Shown: piece by piece, positions 61,584-64,000 of the stretch | Numbering within the stretch: the stretch's first letter is position 1 | Layout: each line of letters starts with the position of its first letter | Source of the DNA: Marsupella aquatica | Taxonomy: Eukaryota; Plantae; Marchantiophyta | NCBI GenBank assembly: GCA_973895155.1 | Contig: OZ316893.1 | Location: forward strand, 24,107,520 to 24,171,519 | Length of the DNA stretch: 64,000 bases | Direction of reading: 5' to 3' | Position numbers and translations under genes: made by a program | The notes under the pieces: model-generated | Database searches by the model: none | Seen by the model: the letters and a program-made list of their open reading frames with translations, nothing else | Told to the model about the DNA's origin: nothing

Positions 61584-64000
61584 GAGCACAACCATCCAGG
61601 TAGAAAAACCTTTTGTAGGAGTGCGGAGAAGATAGCTGAGGATTTAATTAAAAAAAAATGAAGCCAATCCTCTGTCAAAACCGGCAGGGATCTTGAATTC
61701 TGCTATAGGGTCCTTAGTGAAATCTCTCTGCAAACATGTTGACGACATGGTCGATATCGAAGAAACTGAAATATGGAAGTCTCTGATGGTCCTTTCCACT
61801 CCGCAGAAGTTTGCATCTCTTTGTCGGAGCGTTAGGATAGACCAAAAAGGTCGGGTGAATTAGATTTTCTCTCGCAAATGCAGAGGAGGATTCATGTGTC
61901 GTTTCTCCAAAGGTATTTGCTTCCAGGTCAGGGATGTCAGAACGATAGGCCTCACATCTTTAAAATGACCGTGAAAGGTCACGGTTCCGGTGTGGATCTT
62001 TTGAGGCAGATGCAACCGGGTGGAAGACTCGAAGGAGCCTGGGTAAGTTTTGATGTGATGCAGCATGTCACCACGGATTGGTTTACTTTCAGCGCACACG
62101 TCTACGACCACAATTTCCGTGCACTGTGTACAATTTTCACATGCGAGTTGAAAGGTGAAGACACTGAGTCCTTCGAAAAGGCATGGAAAGTGATGATTGA
62201 GGTTTGCAAAGAAAATGAACTTCAGGAGGTTGTCATCCAAGGATTTATGGCCGACAATGCACAAGCTGGATGGAATGCAGTGCGAAATGTTTTTTTTGGT
62301 GGACACCCGGACCCGGAGAGGGAGCGCTCTGATGCATTTCACTTTTATCAATCTTTTCATCGTCATTCCAAGGAAGGAGTACTGGAAGAATGTCAATCGG
62401 AGCATCGGAGACTTTGGGAGAAACTGAGAAATGCTCCATCATTTGTGGCAGCATACCGGGTGTCCCGAGAGATTGTTGTGTGGTGGCAATCAGGAAACTG
62501 TGTCCCCGGAAAGCTGAAGATGCTGCAAAGCTGGATATCTTGGTGGGTTGTTCGCTGGCGCCAGTGGGGCAATTTTATTCGAGTGGTAAGGCATCCATCT
62601 ATCTAGACTGTAATGTTCATCAACTTCATATTAGCGCCAGGCGTTGGTTATTTTCTCCATACACGTCAAAACAAGTAGTATAGGATATTGAAGCCAATAT
62701 GTAGTTAGAATTCAGTATTAAACATTGAAATTGTATTTCAGGCCTGTTCTACATATTTATGTTGCCAGCGCCGGGCGCTGGTAATAGAATACTACTTACG
62801 GTTGACATTTTCGTATGGCAGAGCAAAAGCGCTGAGGAAGGTGCCTTGATCCCCAACTGTACAGGGTCAGAATCAAGGCATGTGTCCATGAAAGCCTCGG
62901 CTACAAAGAAAAAGGTCGGTCTTTATGAAGCTTGCGAAGTTGACCAAAACCGTGCTCTCTCTCAAGTTGCCGGATACAGTGCATACCGTAAAGGCTTGAA
63001 CCGGGGGAAGGGGCCAACTATATGGGAATTGGCGTTTTGTTCCGCCGATCAAGCAGGTTCGCCAAGATTGTTTGAAGAAGCGACTAATATGCTTCTATCT
63101 AACGCAGCAGAATTCGATTTGGAAAGAAGTACTCCCTTGAATGGAGATATAATGACAAAGTCAATGAAGAGGAAGGGACATGCAACTGGGACTGTCTCTC
63201 CACAAGATTCCCATCGGCATGACACCGTTCTAATAACCACACCAAATACTCGTGGTTTGAAAAGGAAGAACCTGAATAGAACTGACTTTTCTTCTATTCC
63301 CTCAAGTTTTGATCATCCTGTCACAAAGGTGGTGAATCTCTCAGGTATGGTCACATTAGAGAGTGATACTGATTCACTGGACTATACTCCTCAAACAACC
63401 CGAACAACAAGATCCTCAAAACCTCCGCTCAGTGCCCCAGCAACACTTCAGAATCAACTTCCATGCACGATTGTGCTAGAGAAGGATGTCCCTCCGGGGC
63501 AGTGGCAGTTGCAACGGACATCGAAGTATGGAGCAGGTCCGCAATGCAATGGTACACTGAATGGGAGTTCGGATCGCGATGAGTGTCGAAATTGTATCAA
63601 GAAGGTTGGCTTCCATTCGTCTGAAGGTGTTGTCGGAATTGTCGTGAAGGGCCATCGTCTCTTCAGGGGCGAACCCATCTCCGAAATGATTTGGTTTTGC
63701 CCGAACCAAGCGTGTTACAAGAGTCATCCGTGTCGTGGTGTTCAGAAGCTTCCTCCTTTTCCTGACATTTTGCCTGTTCTGAAGGGTACGAGCCTGTCTC
63801 CTTCTGAAATTACATTCCTGGAAGAGCAAGGACTTGTATTAGCGCGAACAACAGGATTGAGTCAATCTGCGCCATCTGCTTTTGACCTCAGGATAAATGT
63901 TAACGTGTTCCCAGAAACAATAAGGTTTTTGGAGCCGAATCTCCGACTTGGTAGTCGGAATGGGAGGACCTCAAGGCCTCGGTCTAATCTCACTGTGGGT
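61584..64000 (+). pseudogene. MULE transposase, 3' part (DDE core; runs off window)
   Basis: WVSFDVMQH (D1), GFMADNAQAGWNAV (D2), AFHFYQS, intron 62586-62821, then PNCTGSESRH (E) and an open frame to the window end. Frameshifts at the A9 run 61650-61658 and near 61855. Confidence 0.85.

Larger units (their letters stand above)
44998..64000 (+). mobile_element. Giant Mutator-like (MULE) element (element 4); right end outside window
   Basis: MULE transposase plus divergent ParB-MTase gene, sharing the AGCGCCNGGCGCT palindrome (45436-62781). Left end tentatively GGGGAATTTACAAACG at 44998, where motif usage and composition switch. Confidence 0.6.

Noticed and set aside
30000-64000. Endogenous giant virus or bacterial contamination (ParB, methyltransferase, F-box)
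   Set aside because: No capsid, polymerase or packaging ATPase; the genes have spliceosomal introns and flank eukaryotic transposases.

Overview
No ordinary host gene is recognisable in this window. It is a stack of nested, mostly decayed, cargo-carrying transposons from an intron-containing eukaryote; the EDM2-like, CACTA and MULE content points to a land plant, probably a bryophyte-grade or other non-seed plant (inference). Left to right: (1) a complete 15.8-kb CACTA/En-Spm element (2838-18627; 14-bp TIRs, ACA TSD) carrying an RNase H1 N-terminal-domain ORF, probably inserted inside (2) a larger CACTA element whose right TIR ends at 29968 and which carries an EDM2-like PHD cassette, a tandem BRCT gene and an F-box-like ORF; (3) a Sola-like/DUF7869-type transposase element (about 30-45 kb) with a 269-bp higher-order tandem array and three F-box-like genes, punctuated by an ACGCG-N6-CGCGT palindrome; (4) a giant MULE-like element (about 45 kb to past the window end) whose transposase sits head-to-head with a spliced gene fusing a ParB/Srx-like domain to a beta-class N4-cytosine/N6-adenine DNA-methyltransferase-like domain, with 14 copies of a different palindrome, (T)AGCGCCNGGCGCT(A), in its non-coding DNA; (5) an 8.8-kb TG...CA insertion with a GAGCA TSD that splits the MULE zinc finger and contains a truncated zinc-finger ORF. 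The best candidate for an undescribed system is the ParB-methyltransferase gene plus element-specific palindromes in element 4. All protein family calls come from motif recognition by eye, not from database searches.
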